Source of the DNA: Balanoglossus misakiensis
Lineage: Eukaryota > Animalia > Hemichordata
Direction of reading: 5' to 3'
Length of the DNA stretch: 64,000 bases
Assembly: GCA_040954595.2 (NCBI GenBank)
Contig: JBECUI020000036.1
Location: 106,860 to 170,859, forward strand
A program made the position numbers and the translations under genes. Below the pieces are notes generated by a model. That model was not told the origin of the DNA. It searched no databases and was given only the letters and a program-made list of their open reading frames with translations. Below, piece after piece: positions 51,098 to 61,300 of the stretch. Positions within the stretch are counted from its first letter, which is position 1; each line of letters opens with the position of its first letter.

Positions 51098-52234
51098 TAA
51101 TGCCGTAAAGGTACCAATGGCACTTCCTATGCTTGAAAATAAGAATACAAGCAAAATACGGGTAACCCTATTCCTGTACCAGCCCTTCAATGTAGCAATA
51201 TCAATGTTTATTCGCTCAAAATCTTCAACCTGTGGTCTTCGAAGCATAGATTCCACCAGTCCCGATACTATGCCCACACCAATGGTAGGATTGAGTGATG
51301 TCAGGGGTGCTGCAAGAAAGGTAGCCAGGGCAGTCAGCGGATGAGGTCGCGCAAAAAGAGAAAGCACAGCTGCAAAACTACCGTTTATGATAACCCATTG
51401 CCAGATATTGGATACTGCCGTTGTCCAGTCTCCTACAAAGAATCCTTGACCAATAAGAAATAGTACTGCTGCCGGTATTACCCACGGCACAATACGCGAA
51501 AGAATTCCCGGAGGTGGAACCTTATCTAATTCCTCCAAGTTTACTTGTAATTCATTCTTATGGATCTCCTGCAGGGATTGCATCATGCCTTGTACATGCC
51601 CTGCTCCGACAACCGCAATGATCCGCTTGCCTTCTGCATGATATAATTTCTGGGCAAGGTAATGGTCTCGCTCATCAATTAATATACGTTTTACTGACGG
51701 AAGCTGCTGTGCAATTTCTCCGAGCATATAACTTATTTCCGCATGCTCACGTAATTTTTCAATTTCTTCCTGTTGCAAGGTTTTCTTCTCAAAAAAAAGT
51801 GAGATCAGAACCGCAAGCATTTTGTTTTTTTGGAAAAATCCCGAATTACGCCATACACGAAGAAGGGTAACATTAACCTTCCTGTCAATGAACTCAAAGG
51901 GAATATTATGTTTTTCTGCGGTACGAATAGCTTCTAACATCTCCGCACCCGGATGAATGTCGGCACCCAGCCGACGCTGGAAACCTGATAATACCAGGGT
52001 TGCCAACATAAATAAGCCCTTGTGCTGCCGGAGAACCTTGGATATGTTCATCGAACTCCAACTCTTCGGATTGATGAGATTCTGATACCGATCGTTATCC
52101 AACTCCACGCATACTGAATCCGGCGCTTCCTCTTCTATCGAAGAAACAACGTCAAAAACACTTTGCTCGGAAATATGGGCTGTGCCTATAAAAATAAACT
52201 CTCTGCTTCCTAGCTTGAGGGTAGTTCGGTTCAC
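51080..52234 (-). CDS. TraB/GumN (pheromone shutdown-like) membrane protein
   Basis: GTAHIS, VCVELD, PGAEM, LIDERD, AVVGAGH; C-terminal TM helices. Confidence 0.9.
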   Translation of the reverse strand: MNRTTLKLGSREFIFIGTAHISEQSVFDVVSSIEEEAPDSVCVELDNDRYQNLINPKSWSSMNISKVLRQHKGLFMLATLVLSGFQRRLGADIHPGAEMLEAIRTAEKHNIPFEFIDRKVNVTLLRVWRNSGFFQKNKMLAVLISLFFEKKTLQQEEIEKLREHAEISYMLGEIAQQLPSVKRILIDERDHYLAQKLYHAEGKRIIAVVGAGHVQGMMQSLQEIHKNELQVNLEELDKVPPPGILSRIVPWVIPAAVLFLIGQGFFVGDWTTAVSNIWQWVIINGSFAAVLSLFARPHPLTALATFLAAPLTSLNPTIGVGIVSGLVESMLRRPQVEDFERINIDIATLKGWYRNRVTRILLVFLFSSIGSAIGTFTALSILLF

Positions 52235-53214
52235 TGTAAATCCTTTATGTTATGAACAAAACGTTGCATTAACGCTTCGTCACCTGGGTAATTTGCTAAT
52301 GGGATGTGTCCACCGCTCATCTGTGCACGTCCACCACAGTTGCCAATGTCTCCAATCGCTTTTTGTAGTATATCATTGCTTGGACGATCTTTACTCTCAC
52401 TCCGAGCAGAGAGACGATACTCATCCTCTGTAGGCATACATACTACAACAAAATTAAACTCATGAAAACCTAAGAAAAAATCTGCAACTAGTGCAATAAT
52501 TTCAGTAGTAAAGGTTTGCTTGAGCGGTACAAAGACAAAGGAATCAACCGATTTACATTCGTTGATTGCCTCGGTAAATACTGCTACATCCTTAAAGGAC
52601 AGCGAATTTCGTAAGACATTGCTTGCAAATTGCCAATCGCCAATAAAAAATAGGCTACTAAACGCATCGAGATCAAGCGGCGTTACCCCACGGGTCATAA
52701 ACGCTGTATCCATCATTATTCCGAGAAGCAATGCCGTTGCTACATGCTTTTCGCAAGGAATGCCTGCCTGCCTGTAGTAATCCCAGATAATTGTGGAACA
52801 GGCGCCGTAGTCTTCGCGAATATCAATGTACTTGTATTGCAGGTTGTCCGTAATAATGGGATGATGATCAATCAAGGCAATAATACTACTATTGTATCCG
52901 GCTTTCTGAGCCTGTACCGACAGTCCATCAATGGCAATGAACTGTATCTCCTTTGATACTGTGCTCAAATCCAATACTTCCAACGAAATAGGGAGCGCAT
53001 TAATAATACGCTCCAATGAAAAACTTTGTAGTTCCCCACTGTAACTGATCCGTACTTGAATACCAAAATGCTTCAGGAGCACCTGGAGTGCATAGGCGGA
53101 TGCTACTGCATCGTGGTCAGGAAAATCATGGGGATGTATGTAGACCTGCTTATCAGAAGAAATGACATTGATGAGTTCCTGTATACCTAATTTTCTACGT
53201 TTACTCTTTTGCAT
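52231..53214 (-). CDS. DHH/DHHA1 phosphoesterase
   Basis: HDFPDHDAVAS, IDHH, GACST, GIMMDT. Confidence 0.88.
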   Translation of the reverse strand: MQKSKRRKLGIQELINVISSDKQVYIHPHDFPDHDAVASAYALQVLLKHFGIQVRISYSGELQSFSLERIINALPISLEVLDLSTVSKEIQFIAIDGLSVQAQKAGYNSSIIALIDHHPIITDNLQYKYIDIREDYGACSTIIWDYYRQAGIPCEKHVATALLLGIMMDTAFMTRGVTPLDLDAFSSLFFIGDWQFASNVLRNSLSFKDVAVFTEAINECKSVDSFVFVPLKQTFTTEIIALVADFFLGFHEFNFVVVCMPTEDEYRLSARSESKDRPSNDILQKAIGDIGNCGGRAQMSGGHIPLANYPGDEALMQRFVHNIKDLQ

Positions 53215-53232
53215 GAGGAACGAATTCTGCCC

Positions 53233-54611
53233 CTACTCCACTTTCAACCGTGCTAATCTTGTTTCAACAAAACCTTGCATTCCTTTATCTACTACCTCAT
53301 TATACATGGTAACCGAACTGCCTTTATACCCTTGCAAATCATAGTATACCCCTAAATAGTATTGTAGTCGATAGCGAGTAACTTCGTCAGTATAATTAGT
53401 AATAAATCGGTTCACCTGTGACTCATCTCCTAGACCTAAAAATAACTGAATAAGAGAAAGAAACTCACTTTTCTGCTCTATTTCCGCAAGCAATGTCTGC
53501 AGATAGGTTACAGCCTGCTCTTTTTTCTGCTTCTCTAGCAGGCATGTAGCAGCGAGAAGGGCATATTCAGGATACTGTTTATCAGTTGCAGTGTAATAAC
53601 TGTTAAAGAGTTCTCCTGCCTCCGTTACGTAACCGTCTTCATAGTATAGTACGCCAAGGGGCAAATAGACCGGATAAAAATCCTCGCGGAGTTCCAGTGT
53701 TTTTTGGAAATCCTGTTTCGCCTTCTTAAACCGCTTGAGATGGTCATGCATTTGACCGCGAACAAAATACCCCAACATGATCTGCGGTTTTTGTTCAATG
53801 AAATGTGTTAAGTCTTGTTCTGCTTCAAGGAATCTACGTAATTCCAGACGTACTCTCCCACGATCAAAATAATTCCACGAATAATCAGGTTCTAACTCTA
53901 TGGAAACCGTCAGATCCTTCTCTGCATTTTCAAAATCATGCAGGAGAAGATATGCCATGCCACGACTGGAGTAGGTAAGATACAGTGTTGGTTTTTGTTC
54001 TACTGCCTCATGGAACAAGGACAATGCTTCATCATAGTTATACTGTTGAAGATGTACATGTCCGAGTCCCAATGTACCTTCCAGGGTGTTGCTTATTGCA
54101 CGGCTCTTGGTAAACAGGTCATAGGCCTCGTCATAATACCCTTCTAACAAGGCTATTTCTCCCATTGCATTCAATGCTCGGGTATTATTGGCATCCAGAT
54201 TGATAATATGGGTAAGAATTTCACGTGCCTTTTCTGTGTTCTCATCGTACATGGCAAGCTGTGCCTGACTGAATAGGACAGGAAGGTTATCCTTGTTGTT
54301 TTCCAATGCTTGATTAATCATCATGCGAGCTGATTCATGCTTATCCATGCTAAGATAGAACTGTGCGAGAAGAACTTGCGCGTCTTCACGTGCAATCGGC
54401 ACCCCGCTTTCCAGAAGGGCAATGGCATTCTCTAACTCATCGGTCGTTACCATGAGCGACAAGGCATCATAGTGCCGCAAAACAAGTGCGGGATCAATCG
54501 ATTCAGCAATTTGCGCACCCGGGGGGTAACTATTGAATTGGATCTATTACTGGTGCAACTCATCAGCAAAACAAGCAATACAATAAGCATTTTTTTCCAA
54601 CGAACAAACAT
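53233..54611 (-). CDS. TPR lipoprotein, frameshifted at G6 (54521-54526)
   Basis: Lipobox LLMSC in the 54447-54632 ORF. One extra C (coding strand) joins it as VTPPGAQIAESIDPALVLRHYDAL to the multi-TPR ORF. Confidence 0.8.
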
Positions 54612-54723
54612 TATTGACATCATTCCATACACTCTTTATAATTACTACCTAAATGACTTTCGGCGTATACGAAAAAATAGTAAAGAAAAATATGACAAAC
54701 CACGTCAAATAAATGTTGATGGC

Positions 54724-56571
54724 ATGACAATAAAATCTCATATCGCAAAACGATACATAATTATACCATTTATTTACTTGTTCATCATAGTTTTATTGTT
54801 CTTTCTGCAATTTTCGGAAGAATTAACAACACAGGAGTCAATCTATAACTTAAATTTTAGCGGTAGACTACAAAATACTGACGACAAGACCCTTCAGGCA
54901 GCAGAAATCACTTTTAACGGCTTAAAAATGAACTTTTCGGAGCAGAAAAACTTGCTGCTAGAGCAAAACAAGAAGTCCCAACCGGTGATGCTCCAACAGT
55001 ATGTAAGAACAGAGGATGCATCACTTATTCTCTCTTTTGAGAATAATATACAAATGGAATTTAACGTTGACCAGAACGCAGTAGATACCCTCTATATATA
55101 TCTGACTGTTCCGGAAATCTTGGAGGATGTTACTTTTTTATCACTGCCTTACTCCTTTGAACCGACTGCAGAACTTTCGTCATCTGATGTACGTGCTGAA
55201 TCTATTACCCTGCTGTATAGAGAAAAGATGTATTCACTGCTCCTGCCTCCTGGTTCTACCACCAAAGATGGATATATATCGGTACCGATAAATTTCGGAA
55301 AAAATATTGTGCGATATACCTCCACTCAGACCCAGGAAGCACGAATTAATTTAGTGGAATTTTCTAATACATTTGCCCCCATTCTCGTAGAAGAAAAAAA
55401 TAGAAGAATACAACAGTATATTGAAGATGCATATATGGGATGGAAAAACGCCCGATATAACGGCGGTAGTGGCACATGGGATATGTATAACAGCCCGCCT
55501 CGCTTTAGTGAGAAGGCCTTGACCGCCTACTTGGCCGAGGCATGGAAGCGAGAAGAATATAATATAGCCCTGAACCAAATGATCCGTACCGCTGCTTTGC
55601 ATCCGGATTCGATTGGCTTCCTTTCTGCTCCTTTCTTGGGAAATTTATCAGAGGTCAGTCAAAACTATATAGAATATGACCGGCAACGCAGCAGAGAATT
55701 ACTGCAACAGATTCAAAACCTAGACCTCACGATCTTCCATGATGCAGACATCGTGCAATACATTATCCTCCATGCAGATGCTTCGGTACAACAAGCACTG
55801 TTCGATATTCTTCCTTCCATCGATTTCAGGACTGCAGATATTCTCTCTGCAGTTGGCCTGCTAAATGCCTACATGCAGCAATATCCTAATCCTGAAGTGT
55901 CACGTCTCTTGCAAGACCTGCACCCGATTATAGAGGAAAAACTCATACCGCAAATATTAAAAATAGGGAACGGCATTTTTCTGGAATCATCAACAAACGA
56001 AGTAGATACCCGTGTTTCTATTCATGCTGGTGTGCTGATAGAAAAGTTCGGTATTCGTGAAAATAATCCTACCCTCATACAGGTCGGTCGAAATTTGATA
56101 CTATCCGCACTTGATCTGGCAGAAAACGGCTTTATCCCGGTATCATTATTTATTAGCAAACGAACAGTTGAATCCAGCCGACAATTGCTTGGACCGGAAG
56201 ATATTTATCACCTTATCCATAATAATCCACATTACCCACATTATATCTCGTTGCGAGAGCACTTTGGTCCTGGTTCGTGGGCTTGGACAATTACAACAAT
56301 AAAAGATATACAAATGCAGGATACCGCAATTAATTTTACCTATCAATCAACACCGGATTATACGCATTTCATTATTATGAATAATATCCCACCGTTTAAC
56401 AGGATGAACTTATTCACTCTCAACTGGCGGAATGATCCTAGTTTTGAACTCTATGCTCGTGGGCGCAACTACAACATACAACATCAGGTACTTATGATAA
56501 AATACCACGATCTGCTCCCTGAAAACAGCATGGTATTATTCTATGAACAAGAAGAATTTTATGAAGAATGA
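54724..56571 (+). CDS. Membrane-anchored hypothetical protein
   Basis: ATG 54724, basic N-terminus plus TM helix, ~615 aa with no recognisable motif. Confidence 0.7.
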   Translation: MTIKSHIAKRYIIIPFIYLFIIVLLFFLQFSEELTTQESIYNLNFSGRLQNTDDKTLQAAEITFNGLKMNFSEQKNLLLEQNKKSQPVMLQQYVRTEDASLILSFENNIQMEFNVDQNAVDTLYIYLTVPEILEDVTFLSLPYSFEPTAELSSSDVRAESITLLYREKMYSLLLPPGSTTKDGYISVPINFGKNIVRYTSTQTQEARINLVEFSNTFAPILVEEKNRRIQQYIEDAYMGWKNARYNGGSGTWDMYNSPPRFSEKALTAYLAEAWKREEYNIALNQMIRTAALHPDSIGFLSAPFLGNLSEVSQNYIEYDRQRSRELLQQIQNLDLTIFHDADIVQYIILHADASVQQALFDILPSIDFRTADILSAVGLLNAYMQQYPNPEVSRLLQDLHPIIEEKLIPQILKIGNGIFLESSTNEVDTRVSIHAGVLIEKFGIRENNPTLIQVGRNLILSALDLAENGFIPVSLFISKRTVESSRQLLGPEDIYHLIHNNPHYPHYISLREHFGPGSWAWTITTIKDIQMQDTAINFTYQSTPDYTHFIIMNNIPPFNRMNLFTLNWRNDPSFELYARGRNYNIQHQVLMIKYHDLLPENSMVLFYEQEEFYEE

Positions 56572-57263
56572 ATTTAGTCGTATACTAGAAAAACTGCAGA
56601 GACCGATCTCCGTGTATTTTGTTCGTCACGGAGAAAGTACTGGAAATCAACAGGGTCGGGTGCTTGGCAGAGCAGAATCTCCGCTTACCGATACAGGAAA
56701 ACAACAGGCATACTACGCCGGAGAATGGTTTCTTTCAGAAGGAATAAGGATTACACAGGCATATACATCTCCGCTCTCCCGTGCTCGGGAAACGGGTGAA
56801 ATTATATGTAATTCACTCAGCATTGATCCTCCTGAAATTATTCCCGAACTTACCGAGTTTGATACTGGTATATGGACCGGGAAAAAATTACAGGAACTAC
56901 AACGGAACAACGATCCCCTGTACGGGGAGTTTCTCAAAAAAAGCTGGGAGGCGATCCCGGGATCGGAAAAAATAGAACAGCTTCTGTCTCGTTCGCTTAC
57001 CCTTTTGGCAAACATTAGTTCAACGAGTCAACGAGACCTCCAACAATGCATCAATACTATGCACAGCCCATTCGGGCATTATACAGTGGATATTCAAATC
57101 GACCTTTGATCCTCCGATACTACATTGGATTCCACTTGTCGGTGTCTGGAATTGCAGTCTTTTTCACTTCATATATAGCCCACCTACGGGGAAAAAATTC
57201 GCGGTGCCTCCTCGCTGGACTCATATTAACCACCCTGTCGTGAAACTTGCAGCCAATCTTTGA
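56561..57263 (+). CDS. Histidine phosphatase (PGM family), frameshifted near 57000
   Basis: FVRHGES, TSPLSRARET, LTEFDTG.W. Removing one C restores ILCTAHSGIIQWI..NCSLF, with stop at 57263. Confidence 0.85.
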
Positions 57264-57372
57264 AACAGGTTGGAGAAGAAAAAACTTACCATAATGAATC
57301 AAAAGCAAGACTTCTTTGTATATAGTAGTAATAGACGATAATAGTGTTCTACAATAATATTAGTAGATCAAG

Positions 57373-57942
57373 ATGAAAACGGTACCAACCATAGAAGAAT
57401 TACAGAAACTCTCATCGGACAACTTTCGGCAAATTGCAGAAATGCGTAAACACATTGCCGAAGGAATGCAAGAACTAAAAAACACGATTGCAGAAACAGA
57501 CAGACAATTAGCACAGACAAACAAGCAATTAGCAGATCTCGGCTTTGTGCAGGGAGAGGTTGCGGTCGATCTCTATCGGAGAAATGTATCATCCTTATTA
57601 GAGCAAGCTCAAATTAAGAATACAAAGATTATTCTGCACATGAAATACGATAATCTTGCAGAATATGATATAGTTGCTATCAATGGGCAAGTCGTTGTAC
57701 TCTTTGAGATCAAGAACAAGATGAGACTTGATTACATAAAGAAATTTTGTACGAAGCAGTTTCCCCGGTTTAAGACAGCATTTCCACAATACCAGAAGCA
57801 TACAGTATACGGTGGCATTGGTGCTCTTGTTGTCCCCGAGCATCTGGAGGAGGAAGCACATAAACGAGGATTGTTTGTGCTGACACAGGGCAAAGCCGGC
57901 AATGCTGAGTTGCATGCTCCCCAAAAACTGCTTGAGTTGTAG
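57373..57942 (+). CDS. Coiled-coil plus PD-(D/E)XK nuclease-like protein (DUF3782-like architecture)
   Basis: Heptads AETDRQL/AQTNKQL, then GEVAVD, EYDIVAING..FEIKNK, AHKRGLFVL. Confidence 0.7.
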   Translation: MKTVPTIEELQKLSSDNFRQIAEMRKHIAEGMQELKNTIAETDRQLAQTNKQLADLGFVQGEVAVDLYRRNVSSLLEQAQIKNTKIILHMKYDNLAEYDIVAINGQVVVLFEIKNKMRLDYIKKFCTKQFPRFKTAFPQYQKHTVYGGIGALVVPEHLEEEAHKRGLFVLTQGKAGNAELHAPQKLLEL

Positions 57943-58007
57943 GGGGTTTACACATTTCCTTTTCCCAATATTTTTATCTTTTTGTTCATTTTTTTTTCAT
58001 ATTTGTC

Positions 58008-58036
58008 TTGACAAATTGCCTCTTTATATACATTAT
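58008..58036 (+). promoter_or_regulatory. Putative promoter of the giant lipoprotein gene
   Basis: TTGACA-17-CATTAT with an AT-rich upstream tract. Confidence 0.5.
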
Positions 58037-58324
58037 TTGTATGTTACTTTAATTAAAGAAAGAAAAGGATAACTTGAAATTTTTGTTGTACGGTAGTCAT
58101 ACTTTCCCAAAGAACAACCTCATTGGCACAGCATTCATCCATTTACAAGAAGATCGTGCTGTTTTAGCCGCCCCCACTTGGGGACATCATTCTTATGTTA
58201 TCCTAGATCTTCTCTGCCTCGCGAAGGCATTCTATTATTATCAACTTACAAGGATTATAGCTTATGTCCTTGAGTAGAAAACCTATAAATATAAAATTTT
58301 CACAATACAATAAGGAGTTTATGT

Positions 58325-61300
58325 ATGATTAACAGATATGTTTTTTTAGTAGCAACGTTTGTTTTCTTTGCTTTTGTTCTTTCCTGTGGAAGTACCGGAA
58401 CTACCGATACGAACATTACCGTGCCGAGTCGGGTTTCTGGTATTACCACTACCTTCATTTCCGGTGAGAGTGTCCTTGTAGAATGGCAATCAGTTGAAGA
58501 TGCCACCCAATACACCGTTACTCTCACTCCCCTAGACGAGAATAATGAACCTATAATCGGACAGGATCCGATAACTGTAACTGAAATCTCTTCTCGTGTT
58601 ATCGTAGAAGGTCTGCTGGCTGGTACAACCTATCGCGTTGCAGTTGTCGCTGGCAATACGCAAGGAACTTCTGAGGAAGCATTATCGGACCAACCAATAG
58701 TAACCGGCACAACATCTATGGCCGCTTCGGAGGTAACACTCAGTGTGAGTACAGTCGGTGCTGTTGATGTACAGTGGACAGCTCCACAACCTGATGAAAC
58801 GAACCCTGTAAGTAAATACACCATTCAAGTACGAAAAGAGGGCGTCTCCGAACCGGTTTTAACTCAAGATCTATTGCCCTCAGATCCAACACTTGTGGTA
58901 GATGGGACGAGCATATCTTATCAAATACTACTAGATACTATGCCAGGAGAACAATATCAGGTTCTGATAACCACAGTGTTTTCAGATGAAACATTTTCCG
59001 TACCTGTCGGTTCTCCTACACCCGTTACAACCATATCACCAACGACGGAACCCTCGGATCCGACTGAGCTTGCAGCAGACAGTACTCCAGTAGACGGAAT
59101 AAATGGAGAGGTTACTGCAAACGTGAACTTAAGTTGGACAGCACCGACCAGTGCAGGAACATGGAAAGAAGAAGGAAATTCCGGCGAGATAACAATAAGC
59201 GATTATACCATCTACTGGAAGGCAGGAGAAAGCGTAACAATAAGCGATTATGAGGGGACCGCAACAACAACCGAGAGTAGTTACATCATTACCGGACTTG
59301 CCCCGAATACTAACTATGCCTTTATCGTAGTAGCAAAAAATAGTGCCCTCGTTCGTGGAACTCCGAGCAACATTTTTCCTCATACAACTGATCTCACAAG
59401 TACCATCGGAGCCCTCAATGTCTCGCATGAAATATTTGCTCGTGAAATACAACTCGAATGGGATATAGAAACCAGTCCGCGGAATGCAGATGGAAGCAAG
59501 ATTGTAGTTACCTACAATTTCTATTGGATCCAAACAGATGCGGTACTCAGTAATGCAGAGGTTATTGAACAAGGAAAAAGAGAAATACCTGCAGGGGGGA
59601 TACGGGACGGAACATTACGATAAGCGGACTCTCCCCTCTTACCTCCTATCGATTGCTTGTTCAAGCTCTTGCAGAAGGGAGAGAAAGCAGGACAGACATG
59701 CAGGCCCTTGAAACTATTGCAGCAGAACTAACCGCTCCAGGGATCGTTGTTCAAATAGATAAGGATTTTACCGAGCGACAACCAGGAAAACTCAGGATCG
59801 TATGGGATGCTCCAAACAGAGGAACCAATGCACAGGGAGAGGCGGTAGCCAATATATACAATCTCCAGCATAAACTGACAGGAGAAGACATCTGGAACAG
59901 TGAAATACTAGATATAGCGTCCGAAACATACACATTAGACGGACTTGTCGGAGCCACCAGCTATGATATTCAAATTCAAGCCATAAATAAAGATCACCAA
60001 ACTTTTATGAGCGACTGGTCGGCAACCGTACCACTTCTTAGCAATGGCGTTCGCTCTCTGAGCGTTCAGCCGGAAGCACTCAGTTTGTACAACGGAGAAA
60101 GCGAACAGGTTAGCATTACCCTTGAGGTAGAAAATGTAGATCAGAGCATAACATGGGCAAGCGATAATCCGGAGGTGGCATCAGTAGAAGGGATCGGCAC
60201 TCCTGCACATCTTGGAAGAGTAACAGGAGGAACGACCGCAGGAACTGCAATTATTACTGCAACAGCAGTGGACGGGGGGAGTGTTACGGTTTCCGTAACA
60301 GTATTACTCCGCCCAGCCACAGACCCATCTCCCCCGACTGCCCTGCAAATAGATCAGCAGAAACATATTGAATCGATAACCCTGACCCTCGGTTGGACAG
60401 CCCCAAGCTTTCTCGGAACAATTACCGGAGGAGATGCAGCAAGCATTACCGGATACACGGTATATTGGCATGAGGGAACAGTATTTAATGAAGCACAAGC
60501 CATACAAACGGGAGAAACAACTCATACTGAAGTGAGCATTCCCAATCTTAAGGGAGCAACGGATTATATTTTTGTTGTAGAAGCAACAAACAGTGCGGGT
60601 CTCACCTCACGGGGAATGCTCGGGATCCAAACCGAATCACTGGTTCAGAACCCGTCAGCAGTAACCGACATTACGGATGTTCCGACAACGGACAGCCTGA
60701 CATTGAGTTGGTCTGCAGTGGATGCGGGCCGAAATGCCCAAGGTGCTGAACTAGCTGTACGCTATGAAACCTATCTCAGTGCGACTGCCGGAACCGCAAC
60801 AGATATTGCAGTTGTGGGGAACAAGCAGGTTGATAACGATGAAAGTGATACCAGTATCACGATAAGTGCCTTAAATGCGGGAACAATGTATTACATTGTT
60901 ATTAAGAGTCTGGATGCCGAAAACAAAGAAGTCTGAGTGAGGTATTTTTGAAGTCCACCCTTGAACCGTCGGATCAATCGGTGAATCCCGGCTTACCACA
61001 AAGTATTATCAAGGTTGCAAGCGAGAAGGGAGATAAAGCACTGAAAATAAGCTGGACAGCAGGAAGTACAGGAAAAGATTTTGATGGGAACGAGGTAGCC
61101 AGTTTCTATCAAATACGTTACCGGCAGGCAGGAACAACTGCTGAGTGGACGTTGGTAGAGGATATCACTACCACGGAAACAACGATAAGCGGTTTAGCGG
61201 GTGGTACGGACTATGAAGTAGCAGTCGGTGCATACTTTAGCTATACCCAAGATGGCACGGAAGTAAAAAAGAGTAGTGGATGGTCTGCTAGTACTACTCT

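Noticed and set aside
51080-52234. Conjugation gene (TraB)
   Set aside because: TraB/GumN family proteins are ordinary chromosomal membrane proteins; no transfer genes are present.
58074-58277. 67-aa ORF as a leader peptide
   Set aside because: TTG start and no recognisable features; the region is better explained as a structured untranslated leader, though not excluded.
60934-60936. TGA readthrough or recoding in the giant lipoprotein
   Set aside because: The same frame stops again after four more codons; the coding sequence continues in another frame.
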